This document shows positions 40,561-53,521 of a DNA stretch of 64,000 nt, piece by piece. The notes beneath the pieces are model-generated. The model was not told the DNA's origin, did no database searches, and saw only the letters and a list, made by a program, of their open reading frames with translations. The position numbers and the translations under genes are program-made. The DNA is from Octopus vulgaris (lineage: Eukaryota), in contig OX597837.1 of assembly GCA_951406725.2 (NCBI GenBank), forward strand, positions 20,026,001 to 20,090,000, written 5' to 3'. How positions within the stretch are numbered: position 1 is the stretch's first letter; every line of letters begins with the position of its first letter.

Positions 40561-41229
40561 CACATACACAAACAGACACATGTATATATACATACATACG
40601 CCTTCAATTACATATATATACATATACGTGTATACGTGTGTATGTATGTATATATGTATGTATGAATGTACGCGTGTGTATGTGTGTATGATGTATGTGT
40701 GTGTGTGTATGTATATATTATACTGTACTTCAGCTTGCCAACAGTATCTCACATGTATGACTACATTACTTAAATTATGATCTACAAGTATGCCGTTAAC
40801 GAGTGAATGTAATCGAGGAAGTCTGAGTGCCAATCCGAAAATATCGATATTTTGATCAAATTCATTGAAGCTTTAAAACACATCTAATTAACCACTCACA
40901 GTATCTTACTACATTCATAGATCCAGAAGCTCTATGATGAAAGGCATTCCAATCGTGATTATCTGTCACATCAAACGCATAACATAAGGGATGGAGAGAG
41001 GGAAGATGTCCCAGGTACAAGCGTGACAGCGTGAAACGAGGGAAAATTCATTTTGCCCTATCACACCTCTTGATAGAGACGGTGCAGAACAGGACACCAA
41101 AAGTGTTTTTGCCTGGCTACGTTGAGGACTCTTTCAACACCACAGCGAGTCGAGGTTAATTTCAGAATATATTATCCAACGCACCGTTTTACTAATGCAA
41201 GAGTGATTCGCTTGCTATTTTCATAAGAG

Positions 41230-41800
41230 TAACCGATCACGTGGCACCTTCAGCAAATGTTTTCTACTATGGCTCTGGGGTGACCAAAACCTTCTGTGTG
41301 GATGTGGCCCACGGAAGCTGTGTGGAAGCCAGTCGTATATGTGTGTGTATCTATGTGTGTGTTTGTGTGTATCTCTACGTTTGCCCCCACTACCGCTTCC
41401 CAACCGGTCAAGGTGCATTTACGTCTCATATATCTAGCGATTCAGCAAAAGAAGGCGGATAGAATAAATAACTGAGATTTTAAAAAGTAAGTCCTGAGGA
41501 GATTCGGTGGACGATGCTCCAGCATGGCCACAGTCACATGACTGAAACAAGTAAAGCTGCATTGAATTAACCACAATCTAATAGAGCAGCAACTTTTGTA
41601 CTTTATCTTTTTACCTGTTTTAGTGATTTGACTGCGGCCATGCTGGAGCTACGCCCTCAAGTGTTTTAATCGAATAAATCGATCCCAGGACTTACATTTT
41701 CTTTTAAAGTCTGATATTTATTCTATCATTTTCTTTTGTCGAACCGCTAAGTTCTGGGAACGTAAATAAATCAGCAACGAGTGTCAAAATACAAAGACAT
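41230..41800. mobile_element. two diverged SINE family A copies, tail-to-tail (+ 41230-41555, - 41605-41800)
   Basis: GCTCCAGCATGGCCACAGTCACATGACTGAAACAAGTAAA followed by its reverse complement TTTGACTGCGGCCATGCTGGAGC. Confidence 0.75.
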
Positions 41801-41882
41801 ACATGCACACACACATAGATACATACATATGTATAGACATGTGTGTGTGTGTACATATATGATATATAATACACGTATATAA

Positions 41883-41925
<43 letters not shown>

Positions 41926-42060
41926 CGTACAGCATAAAAACGAAGTGTGTGTGTGTGTGTATATATATGTGTATTAAAAATGATTCAAAATGTGACCGCG
42001 TGTGTACCGTTGGCGATTTTTTCCTCCGTCTTCCCTTCCTTGGATCTTTCCTTTTCTTAT

Positions 42061-42095
42061 GTTTCTGACGAAGAGCTCCACTCGAAACGTAAAAT
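42061..42095 (+). ncRNA. minimal hammerhead ribozyme with canonical core in a TA-embedded element (~41975-42185)
   Basis: GTTT-CTGACGA-A-GAG(CTCCA)CTC-GAAAC-GT-A-AAAT; downstream TTCCTGAGCGTCCAATAACA resembles the CUGUNGA family tail. Confidence 0.7.
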
Positions 42096-42195
42096 CCTCC
42101 TTCTTTCTTTCCTTTCCTGAGCGTCCAATAACACCATTCTTGCTCTACGTCCTCGCGTTGTTGTGTTTTCATGTTGGGATTAACTATATATATAT

Positions 42196-42268
<73 letters not shown>

Positions 42269-42314
42269 ATGAATTTGTGTGAATGTATATAGAATAATAT
42301 ATCAGTTGAATAAT

Positions 42315-42381
<67 letters not shown>

Positions 42382-42410
42382 CAATATCAATAATAAGGGT
42401 TGCATATGCA

Positions 42411-42670
42411 GGAGGGCGTATGACCTAGTGGTTAGGATTTTGCACTCGCAAAAATCGTGGTTTCCTAGACTGGATGGTGTTATGTGTTCCGGAGCTAAGC
42501 CCTTCATCTTGCGTTGTTCTGCAATCACTTCGACACCAGACGCGTGGTACACCCTGCCCCTCCCCCTGTTCAGACAACGAATATTTGATCACTATAAACG
42601 AATCATTTATGTAGGTCGTTCGACAGAAAGCTGAACGCTCATACGTCGTCTTCGTCGGGATACTCCATCA
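42411..42670 (+). mobile_element. SINE family C variant with RTE-like 3' tail
   Basis: GGAGGGCGTATGACCTAGTGGTTAGG head; ends CTCATACGTCGTCTTCGTCGGGATACTCCATCA. Confidence 0.7.
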
Positions 42671-43787
42671 TATATACATATATATACGGCAGTCTTCTTT
42701 CAGCTTGCATCTACCAAATCCACTCACAGGGCTTTGGTCGACCCGAGGCTATGTGTAGTAGAAAACACGCAGTGGAACTGAATCCGGAACCATGTCGCAG
42801 GGAAGCTTACGTAAAAATATACATATACAAAAAATATATATTTTAATAACAAAAAACTAATTATTTTCCTGAAATCTTCCCCAAAGGGCTTCAAGTGTTG
42901 TGAGTTCCAAAATTCTGTCTAAACTGATAATGCATTTGATAGACCAGCTGTTTACGGATCCTGATGTCATATCGCACCGTTGTGTTTCTGCAATAGTGCG
43001 TCTGTTTCGTTAAATAAAAAATAAATATGGCTCTACCGAAATTTTTCTGTGTCATATAAATAATGAAAGGCTTCAACAAGCCCATTGCATGATGTGTTTC
43101 TCTACAGCAAAGCCTACTATGACGTCTCTAATTCTAATCCTAAGGCGGAGTGTGATGAATACTATCTGTATGTAGACAACAAGAGTGCCGGCAGTCATGA
43201 GAAGCAAGGATCAATCCTAGTGCACAGTACTTTCTGTAAGGGTCTTTGATTATAACATCAGCTTAGCGTAAGCCTTGTGAGTAAAAACTACATAAGCATA
43301 AAGCACGAGGAAGCCTGTTGCATAGAAATTTCTTTATTTCAAAGAGCCAGCCATTGTCGAACGACGACATTTTGTGCCGCTCATTTGCGCAATGTCAGGG
43401 TTAAAAGTAATTTAGCTTCAATTTCTAGCAAATAGAATGGACACAAAGAATTTCCCGCTTTCGCTGAAGTCTATTACTGGAAAGAAGTTTCTTCAGTATG
43501 TCTTGCAGATTAACCGACCACTTAGAGTATTGTTAAGGTCGAATTGGGAGCTATGTCTAATCCATTAAGCAACAATGCTTCAGCTCCTCTTGGGGTCAAT
43601 TAAATAGCCTATATGTGAAATTATTCTCTCTTAAGATGAACAAAGTGTTGTTCCAATGTTTTCTTTTGTTTTTTTCGTTTCATATTTTCTTCAACATCAT
43701 AGTTTCATATATATATATATATATATTGCTCCAAATTCTGTCTGTCTCTCTGTCCCTCCATCTTCCCCACCTCCATCTCTCTTTCTC

Positions 43788-44185
<398 letters not shown>

Positions 44186-44597
44186 TCACTCTACATTATC
44201 CCAGCGCATATCTCCGACTCTCACACATTTCATTTCCTTACTTCTTATGCGCTGTCCGCCATTCCTATTCTTATCCTCTCATTGTTGTCTTTTATTCTTA
44301 AACTTTCTATTATTTTTCCATCAATTTCTTTATCATTTCAATATCCTCCACTTTTTCTCTTCTCCTCTCTTATCTATTCTTACTTTTATCTATTTTTATC
44401 TATTTTCCCCCTTTTTTTTAAACTTATTCTTTTATCCTATACATCAGTATTATATACATTTTTTTTTTATCTACCTTGGTTATTCTCATCGATTTCCAGC
44501 CCTTTCTTCTGCCGTCTTTTCTTTTCTTCATAAGTTTTTCGATGAGTGTTTTTAACACACACACACACACACACATACACATATATATATATGTATG

Positions 44598-44662
<65 letters not shown>

Positions 44663-44744
44663 GTATGAATATCTATTTCTATCTATATATATCCATATAT
44701 AGATACATGTGTGAATGTGAATATATTTATATATATATATATAT

Positions 44745-44775
<31 letters not shown>

Positions 44776-44908
44776 TGTGGGGGAAGATGGGGGGACAGAG
44801 AAACAGACAGAGAAGGAGAAAGAGAAAACAGCTAACTTTTTTACAAATTATGCGTTCTATAATTTTTTATTCTACAGTTGTTGAATTTTTACTTTAAAAT
44901 CGTTTGCA

Positions 44909-44955
<47 letters not shown>

Positions 44956-45072
44956 TGTGTCTGTGTCTGTGTCTGTGTCTGTGTGTAACATCGTATAATT
45001 ATAAGCAGTGCCAATTTTAGCCATTACTCCGCAGACTGTAAAAGTGATGATATATGTATATATATATGTATA

Positions 45073-45108
<36 letters not shown>

Positions 45109-45319
45109 TGTATGTATGTATGTATGTATGTATGTATGTGTGTGTGTGTGTGTCTGTCTTTGTGCGTGTGTGTGTGTGTGTGTCTGCATGTTTATATATG
45201 CAGTATTATTGTTTCTCACTCTTCCCCTTCTCTGTCCGTATATATAGGTGTATGTGCGTATAGATAGATAGATAGATAGATAGGTACATACATACATATC
45301 TACATGGGGGGAGCGGGAG

Positions 45320-45365
<46 letters not shown>

Positions 45366-45372
45366 CTTACTT

Positions 45373-45680
45373 GGAGGGCCCAGTGGTTAGGGCAGCGGAC
45401 TCGCGGTTGTAGGATAGTGGTTTCAATTTCCGTACCGGGCGTTGTGAGTGTTTATTGAGCGAAAACGCCTAAAGCTCCACGAGGCTCCGCTAGGGTGTGG
45501 TGACGATCCCTGCTGTACTCTTTCGCCACAACTTTCTCTCACTGTTTCTTCTGTTGGCCTGCTCGCTTAGCCAGCGGGGTGGCGTCATTTGAAGGCTAAA
45601 ACAGTGCGAAGCGCATTGTGACCAGCGATGTGTAGCAAATTCTGATAGCTTAGTTGGTCACGTTGATCACGGGGATATAT
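45373..45680 (+). mobile_element. tRNA-derived SINE, family C
   Basis: GGCCCAGTGGTTAGGGCAGCGGACTCGCGG...GGTTTCAATTTCC head; body GTGAGTGTTTATTGAGC...CACAACTTTCTCTCACT shared with 47660-47844. Confidence 0.85.
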
Positions 45681-45779
45681 ATAAACAACAATCTTTTTTG
45701 TCCATAGCACAAAAGATTGTCCAGCAGCTGGCCTAGCTACGAACAGAAACTTTGAATCCTACCCACCACCACGGAAGGC

Positions 45780-46890
45780 CACCGCAGACAACAGGTTCAA
45801 GATGGCCACCACCGACACCAACACTCACAAAAATATTTCTTTTAAATATCGGTGGTCTGTTGCACCTCAACTGCAAAGCAAAAATCTCTTTCCTGGGGGA
45901 TCTTGCAGCATGCAATCAACCTCTACGCACAACATTTGTGGAAACGCATCTCAGAACTTATGTAGGAGATGGAGAAATACACATACCAAAATATGTTGTA
46001 ATATGATCAAATAGAAAAGAAAAGTACCATGCTGGGGTTGTTATATACATCCGAGAGGACCTCATGCCCCAGGTCCTGCTATCATATTCAAACTCAGTGT
46101 ATGGCAGTTAAATTGTACACGTAAGACAACTTAATATTGTTATTTGTACATGTCGCCCACCGGATGCTCAAATCCATACTGGTAAGTTTGAAGTCTGCCT
46201 GGCAGAGATATAAGTTCTGGAGCAATGCATCAGTGTTTCCTTCTGGGTGACTTTAACTTCTCCAATATGAGAAGGCCTGGGGGCCAGATGTTCTTAGGAA
46301 TAACACACCACTAACAAGCACAGGCGGAGTCCCTGCTCCACCTTACCAATGCTTCATTCATGGAGCAAATTGTGCTGCAACCAACCATGGCAAACGATAT
46401 ACTGGATCCCTTCTTCATAAACAATATGGATATTATCCATAATGTAAAAGTGACATTGACTCTAGTCTCGGATCACGATATAATAGAGTTGTCTATGAGT
46501 GGACCAAAGGCCTCTGCAGATGTACATCCTATACGAAGCACTCGAAATCTCTCCAAACTGAACTTTCATAAAGCAAAAAGGAAGTCGATTGAGAAAGTGA
46601 TCCTCAAAAAAGATTGGCCTAAATGTCACCTCACACCAGAGAGTTGGCCGACATACACAAAAACAAGATCCCTAAGGAAAAGAGAATTTTTATGAGACGA
46701 CGGACAAAGATTCTGAACCGCTTGAACAAGCATCTTTAAAGTGAAAAGTCCCGCCTGAAGATAACACTATTGGAGAAAAATCTACATGAATCTCACGAAA
46801 AGGAGAGAACAGATAAAGAAGTCAGGGTTATAGACAATATCAATTCGAACCCTAAAGCTCTTTTTAACTTTGCCAAAGAAACAGCCTCTC
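45780..46890 (+). pseudogene. CR1/L2-type LINE ORF2 5' part (APE endonuclease), decayed
   Basis: LLNIGGL...FVETHL...EIHIPKY...GVVIYIREDL...LGDFNF...MEQIVLQPT..NDILD.FFIN...VSDHDII: APE motifs in order, with stops and frameshifts. Confidence 0.88.
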
Positions 46891-47228
46891 GAAAAGTATA
46901 TGTGTAAGAAATCTATGTATGTTTATGTTTGCCTTGGGGATGATGTTGTTGCTTAGCTCCAAATCAGCCTTCATCGAAAGGCGTTCCAGTTTGGCCATCC
47001 TGTTTATTTAAGGCAGCGGCTAAAGGAGATTTGGTGAAGTCTTCTTCATTGACTTGTCACATGTAATCGTGATGACACAACTGATTATAACCGGGTAAAG
47101 AGTCTCCTGGCAGTCGACATTTTGTTCTCAGAACAAGATGAGATTTTCGACCTTCATCAGGATTGAATCCGATAGTGGAATAGTGGTGGTATCAGAACAG
47201 CAGCCACTGATATATGATGCTGTTGTCT

Positions 47229-47377
47229 CTTCTTCTTCTTCTTCTTCTTCTTCTTCTTCTTCTTCTTCTTCTTCTTCTTCTTCTTCTTCTTCTTCTTCTT
47301 CTTCTTCTTCTTCTTCTTCTTCTTCTTCTTCTTCTTCTTCTTCTTCTTCTTCTTCTTCTTCTTCTTCTTCTTCTTCT
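47229..47377. repeat. perfect (TTC)n, ~49 units
   Basis: Direct reading; lies at the 3' end of the adjacent minus-strand SINE. Confidence 0.97.
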
Positions 47378-47844
47378 AATCAGGACTCACGCCATTAGCC
47401 ACAAAGAATAATCTCTAATTCGAGCCTACTCTAAGGTACTAAGAATGCGTGTGACAACTTGAAGATCCACCTACCACACGATATAAACTGGCGGTTGCAC
47501 GGGCGCGAAAGCTACGTTGTTATCCTCATTCCGTAAACGGTGGCTTTAACGGGTGGAGGGCTGAACCATCCTGGGGTACAGAGGATTCGCAATCTAGACT
47601 AGGGTCTGAAAGTTTACCACACCATAGTGGGTTAGACCATGGTTCCACTGCTTTGTGGCAGAAGTAGGAAGAAAGAGTGAGAGAAGGTTGTGGTGAAAGA
47701 GTATTTCACCACAACGCCCCACCGGAGCCTCGTTGAGCTTATGTGGTTTGCTCAATAAACACTCACAATGCCCGGTCTAGGAATTGAAACCGCGTTCTTA
47801 CGACCGCGAGTCCGCTGCCCTAATCACTGGGCCATTGCGCCTCC
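47378..47844 (-). mobile_element. SINE family C head with an alternative 3' module and (GAA)n tail
   Basis: Minus GGAGGCGCAATGGCCCAGTGATTAGGGCAGCGGACTCGCGGTCG...; diverges from the 45373 copy after CTCTCACTCTTTCTTC. Confidence 0.7.
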
Positions 47845-48241
47845 ACTGATGCTGTTTTTTGCTGGTCCGGAAGCTGTTTACTACCATCTGTTTTCTTTCT
47901 TCTAGATCCTCGGGATAGAAAGTTCAAAGTAGCTTTGACACAACAGGGCTTTCTGCCTTGCCCTTTTATTTCTGCACCCATAACAGGACACAGCTTCAGG
48001 TTTGTCCTGTAGTTAACGAACGTCATAAGGAGTTGAAAGTCTATATGGAACCTTCCTGATCACATGTAATTCTCTTGAACTCTACCATCTCAACCTGCCT
48101 CATTTTGCACTGCAAAGGAAACTATCGGCCAAGAGTCAATACCACTGCCTCTAACTGGGACCCTTTTATCTAACTGGATCATTTACTGCCAAGCGAACCT
48201 AAGAAGTGTGTCGCACTCTCTCCCTCTCTTTTCTCTCTCTC

Positions 48242-48284
<43 letters not shown>

Positions 48285-48651
48285 TTATTGCTTCGCTATG
48301 CCTGCAGTTCTGATGACCAGGTGGACACTACAGTATGCTTTGTCCCAATCGATGGACAGTATTTGCTGAATATTAGTCCATCTTTGCACCAAGACAAAAA
48401 CATGTACATGATAACACTTCCAATCACTTAAAACAAGAAGTCATGAGAGCCACTGCCTATTCTTGCTGTTGTTGCTGCTGCTGCGGCAGTTGTTGTTGCA
48501 GTTGTTTTTGTTCAACATTTCGGGATCGGTGAAATAAGTACCAGTCAAGTACTGCGGTCGATGTAATCAAGTTACCTCCATCTACAAAAAAAGAAATTCA
48601 GGCCTTGTGTCTATATTAGAAAGGATTGTTATTAATATTATTATTATCATT

Positions 48652-48741
<90 letters not shown>

Positions 48742-49218
48742 ATATGTCTTGGTCATCGAAAAAGTTCGCTATAATATAAGAAGTCATTCTTAGAATGTGG
48801 TGCCTTCACCATAAAAGGACTCCTTCAGAGTGAGGCAAACATTTGAACCGTGGATTAGTTTCTTGAACAACGTCAATGCAGGATATTACATTTCGTAATC
48901 CTGTCTTGTGCATTTAGAATTAACTAAATCTTTGAAAAACTAGGGAACATGGTGGATTTGTGCAGATTTTCTTTTGACTAAGCATATTAAAGTTATATGC
49001 ATTTTACCTGCCCACACATATACAACATACTCACATACTAGTTATATGATGTATTCGTATATACATACATATACGCATATATATATATATGTATGTATGT
49101 ATGTATAAACATATATATGTATATACACGTCTATATACATGTATATGTTTGTGTGTGCTTATGTGTACAGATGTATACAAATATGTTTTAACTGTAGGAT
49201 TGCATATATCTATATAAT

Positions 49219-49260
<42 letters not shown>

Positions 49261-49379
49261 TGTGTGCATATATATACATATATTTATATATATGTATGTA
49301 TATGTGTATGTGTGAGTCTATGTATGTATATATACTTATACATTTACACACACTTCACTTACATACATATGTGTGAGTG

Positions 49380-50140
49380 TATATGCTCTGTGTCAGTGTG
49401 TTTGGCTTGACCTAGCTGACAGCAGGTTCGTATCACGCCGGGGTCATAACCATGAAAGAAGCCCGTCGCCATATGTACATGTGTGTTTGTGTGTATGTTT
49501 TGTGGGGGGGTGCTTATGTGTATTTGGGTGTGCGTGTATATGTTTTTCCACATTACCGCTTGACAACCGGTGTTGGTATGTTTACGTTCCCGTAACTTAT
49601 CGACTCGGCAAAGGATAACGCTAGAATATGTACCCGGTTTTTAAAAAAATAAACCCTGGAGTCGATTCGTTCGAGAAAATTCACGAAAGCATTGCCCCAG
49701 CACGGCCGCAATCTAGTGACTGAAACAAGTAAAAGACAAACGCTAAAAGATTTTTGAATGATAAAGTGAATAAATTTTGCTTTCAGAGTGGAACAAATAC
49801 GTACCAGTTATATAATCGGTTCCGCTAACTGAATCGTTAAGAAATATCTAGTTATAAACTAATTTATAGACTCCATTTTGTTTCTGTCCCCTCAAAAACA
49901 TCCCTTTTGTTTAAAAGGAGAAAACGTATGAATGTCTGTTGCTCATGTGTTTCTCATTTGGAATATTATATCTTTTATTCTATTTTCTTTTGCTTGTTTC
50001 ATTCATTGGACTGCGGCCATGCTGGGGCACCACCTTGAAGTGTATTCGTCGAACAAATCGAATCCAGGACCTGTTCTTTAACTCTGGTCTTCTCAATCAG
50101 TCTCTTATTGCCAAACCACTCAATTACAGGGACGTAAGTA
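49380..50140. mobile_element. diverged SINE family A copies (+ ~49380-49750, - ~49985-50140)
   Basis: GAAAGAAGCCCGTCG, CCGCTTGACAACCGGTGTTGG, GACTGAAACAAGTAAAAGA; then CTGCGGCCATGCTGGGGCACC. Confidence 0.75.
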
Positions 50141-50580
50141 AATCAGCAAGATTTTATTTTTTTAGAGACACCCACCACACATATGTGCGTACATACGTAT
50201 GTATGGAAGCATGTATGTATGACTCTTTTGATAATTACAAGTCAGAGAATCATGAAGTGGGACAAATTGGTGAGTTTTGAAATGTTTTAAATGTGTAATT
50301 CGTGTATATTCACCTGATGAAGACGGGTTGTTTCTTATTCGCTTGATCTCTATTCATCAATAAAAAAAAACACGTTGGCGGCAGCTATAGAAAATAAACC
50401 ATTATTCCTCTATTGTTATGTATGTATGTTAATATTTAAGTATTCGGTATGTTCTTAGTAGTTAGCCGGTGAAGCACGTAAATTGCCTATGGATACCTGA
50501 AGTCATCCACGGTAATTACACAATTGTCACTGAATCTACCTCAGGAACTCCTCGGTGTACATTGAGTATAAAACAAAAGA

Positions 50581-50799
50581 TAGAGGCGGGAAATGGAATA
50601 CATAAAAAAACTTTATTACTCACACCGATCGTTCCGACGCATCCGGCATCGATCCCTCGAGAAGACGCGTCGCTTCTGCACCGAAGGATGCACCACAACT
50701 AGTTGTATAGCCTCCCACTTGCGATGAATCAATGCAGGATGTGTCGAAACGATCGTTGTGAGAAATAAAGTTTCCAGTGTATTTCATTTTCCGTCTCTA
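50581..50799. repeat. imperfect fold-back (inverted repeat) element
   Basis: Arms ~50581-50653 and ~50728-50799, e.g. CTTTATTACTCACACCGATCGTTCCGACGCATCC / GGATGTGTCGAAACGATCGTTGTGAGAAATAAAG. Confidence 0.85.
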
Positions 50800-51890
50800 G
50801 CACTTGTTTTATGTATGTATGTATGCATATATGTATGTATGCATGTATGCATGCAAGTATGTATGGATGCATGTATGTATGTATGCATGTATGTATGAAT
50901 GTATGCATGCATGTATATATGTATGCATGCATGCATTATGTATGTATGTATGCCTGTATGTTTGTATGCGTGTGTATGTGTGTATGCATGCATGTATGTA
51001 TGTGTGTGTATGTGTGTATGCATGCATGTATGTATATATGTATGCCTGTATGTGTGTATGCATGCATGTATGTAAGTATATATGTATGCATGCATGCATG
51101 TATGTATGTATGCGTGTATGTGTGTATGCATGTATGCATGTATGTATGTATATATGTATGTATGCATGTATGTATGTATGTATTCATGTATGTATGTATG
51201 TATGTATGTATGTATGTATGTATACATGCATATGTAGTATGTATGTATGTATGCATGCATATGTAGTATGTATGTACGCACATATTTATGTATACACGAT
51301 GAGCCTCTACCAGTTCCATCTACCAAATTCACTTAGAAGGTGAGTGAATATATTACAAGCTACCTATAACTTATAACAATCGAGAAGTAATACTTATCCC
51401 CACTTAAACCTGGATGCTAAGCTAGAACAAACCTATAGAGTGGTAGGTACCAAGAGAGAAACTCTCATATTGGCTTTTGATGCAAAATGCATCCTTGTTT
51501 ATATCGAGGCCAAACAAGGTCGAAATCATCTGGTCTGGTGGTCTGGGCGCTGGAGTCAACTGGAATTCATCTCCTCACACAATATAAACAAGAGTGCACT
51601 TTGCACCAAAAAACCAGCGTGAGGATTTCTCTCATGATATCCACTGCTGTAAAGTTTGTTCTCTTAGAAAATCCACGTTCAAGTGGGCATAAATATTACT
51701 TCCCAATATGAATACTACATATGTCGCTAATATGTATTCTTATAACAATCGTCTGAGGAACGTAAACTCCATGTAACAATAACAGATTGTGCTGTATAAA
51801 AATATAGTTCACTCTATTGTAAAGTATTGAGTTCTTTTTCCCGTAATTACATAGATACACTGTCGTGTTATCCTTTACCTTGAATATATC

Positions 51891-52305
51891 TATTTATTTT
51901 ATTTTATCTAGTTTCAGCTCACGAGCTGTGGCCATGCTGGGGCACCGCTATTCGGTGTTGCCACATGATTTTACTTCACGAATGCTTTTTAGCAATTGCC
52001 AGTTGGTGCATGAGAGAGTTCGAAGAGATCCAGTTTTATTTTAAAGACATCTGCATCCACCCCATGCAAGTCTCTCAGGTCCTTCGGGAGGATATTGAAG
52101 AGATGTGGCCCTCTGAAGCCCAGGCTATCACAGTATCTTGTCCTACATCTTGATGGCAAATTTGGAGTCCTTGGCACTATGCAGCGGTGCCCAGTTCTAG
52201 TATTTGTGTAACTCTCGATGCCAAAGTTTGAGACAAGTCCTTCCAGGATCTTCCAGATGTATATTATGGCATATCTTTCTCGCCTACGCTCTAAGGAATA
52301 GAGTT
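51891..52305 (-). pseudogene. CR1/L2-type LINE 3' end with tail
   Basis: LYSLERRRERYAIIYIWKILEGLV...GPHLFNILPKDLRDL..VDADVFKIKLDLF (typical ORF2 C-terminus), then tail GCGGTGCCCCAGCATGGCCACAGCTCGTGAGCTGAAACTAGATAAAATAAAATAAA. Confidence 0.9.
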
Positions 52306-52341
52306 TATGTATATGCATATATGCGTGTGTGTGCGTGTATA

Positions 52342-52405
<64 letters not shown>

Positions 52406-52654
52406 ATTCTTTGTGGAACTAGATCTCGAAACACACATGAAACTATATCGAGGTATGCCTTGGAATTTTACTATTCCACTCAATGTTTCCATGCTATTTA
52501 TTTATTGCTGTACATCTGCTCCGAGATCTAGTTCCAAAAAATTATTATTTTACATTCTCTCGATAGTTTATAAATTCTTATGACATCGACAATACACAAA
52601 GCATCAATCAGAAGATAGTATGTATATAATTTGGAATTTTAGAATTAATATTCT

Positions 52655-52870
52655 TTTCCATTCTAGGCACAAGGCCCGAAATTTTGGGGGAGAGGGGCCA
52701 GTCGATTAGATCGACCCCAGTACGTAACTGGTACTTAATTTATCGATCCCGAAAGGATGACAGGCAAACTTGACCTCGGTACAATTTGAACTCAGAACGT
52801 AAAGATAAACGAAATACTGTTATGTATTTCGCCCGGCGTGCTAACATTTCTGCCAATTCGCCGCCTTACT
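52655..52870 (-). mobile_element. SINE family B
   Basis: AGGCACAAGGCCCGAAATTTT...TATCGATCCCGAAAGGATGA...TGCCAATTCGCCGCCTT. Confidence 0.88.
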
Positions 52871-53377
52871 TTGATTTAATATTATTACATGAAGTTTACG
52901 AAACGGCTGTAATCATATAGAAATAATATGTAATCATACGGCAATAATAAGTCTGCATTCATCGTTCATATTTCCTGATTGTATGACTATGTGTGTGTGT
53001 GTGTGTGTTTGTGTGCATACATAACTGTTGGACAGTCGTGGCTGGAATGCCTTTTCATCATATGTCTAGACGACTATTATAACAATGACAAAGGCAATGA
53101 TATATTCAACCTCTTAGTGAATCAAAAATTTTAAAATATTAAAATATTTTTGAAAAAAAAAAAAAGAAAAAACAGATAGAAATGAAACAAATAAAGGAAA
53201 TTGTAATCCATCAAAGATGTGATATGGTTCAGTTCTTTGATGACAAAACTGAAGAGATATGAAAAAGCATCAACTGTTGATTTGTAGTGCGAGAAACTGT
53301 GGCCTTGTAACCTTTGTGGCAAATAGTCAAGAGGAGGACTCTAACGAAAGAGTGAGGACAATACATACATACATACA

Positions 53378-53442
<65 letters not shown>

Positions 53443-53485
53443 TCATACATACAAACATACATACATACATACATACATACATACA

Positions 53486-53521
<36 letters not shown>

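Noticed and set aside
47770-47844. Possible tRNA gene (also other A/B-box heads)
   Set aside because: No complete cloverleaf, and the sequence continues into SINE bodies present in multiple copies.
50314-50380. CTGATGA hammerhead start (also 9431, 48310, 51753)
   Set aside because: No convincing stem II plus GAAA plus stem I could be assembled.
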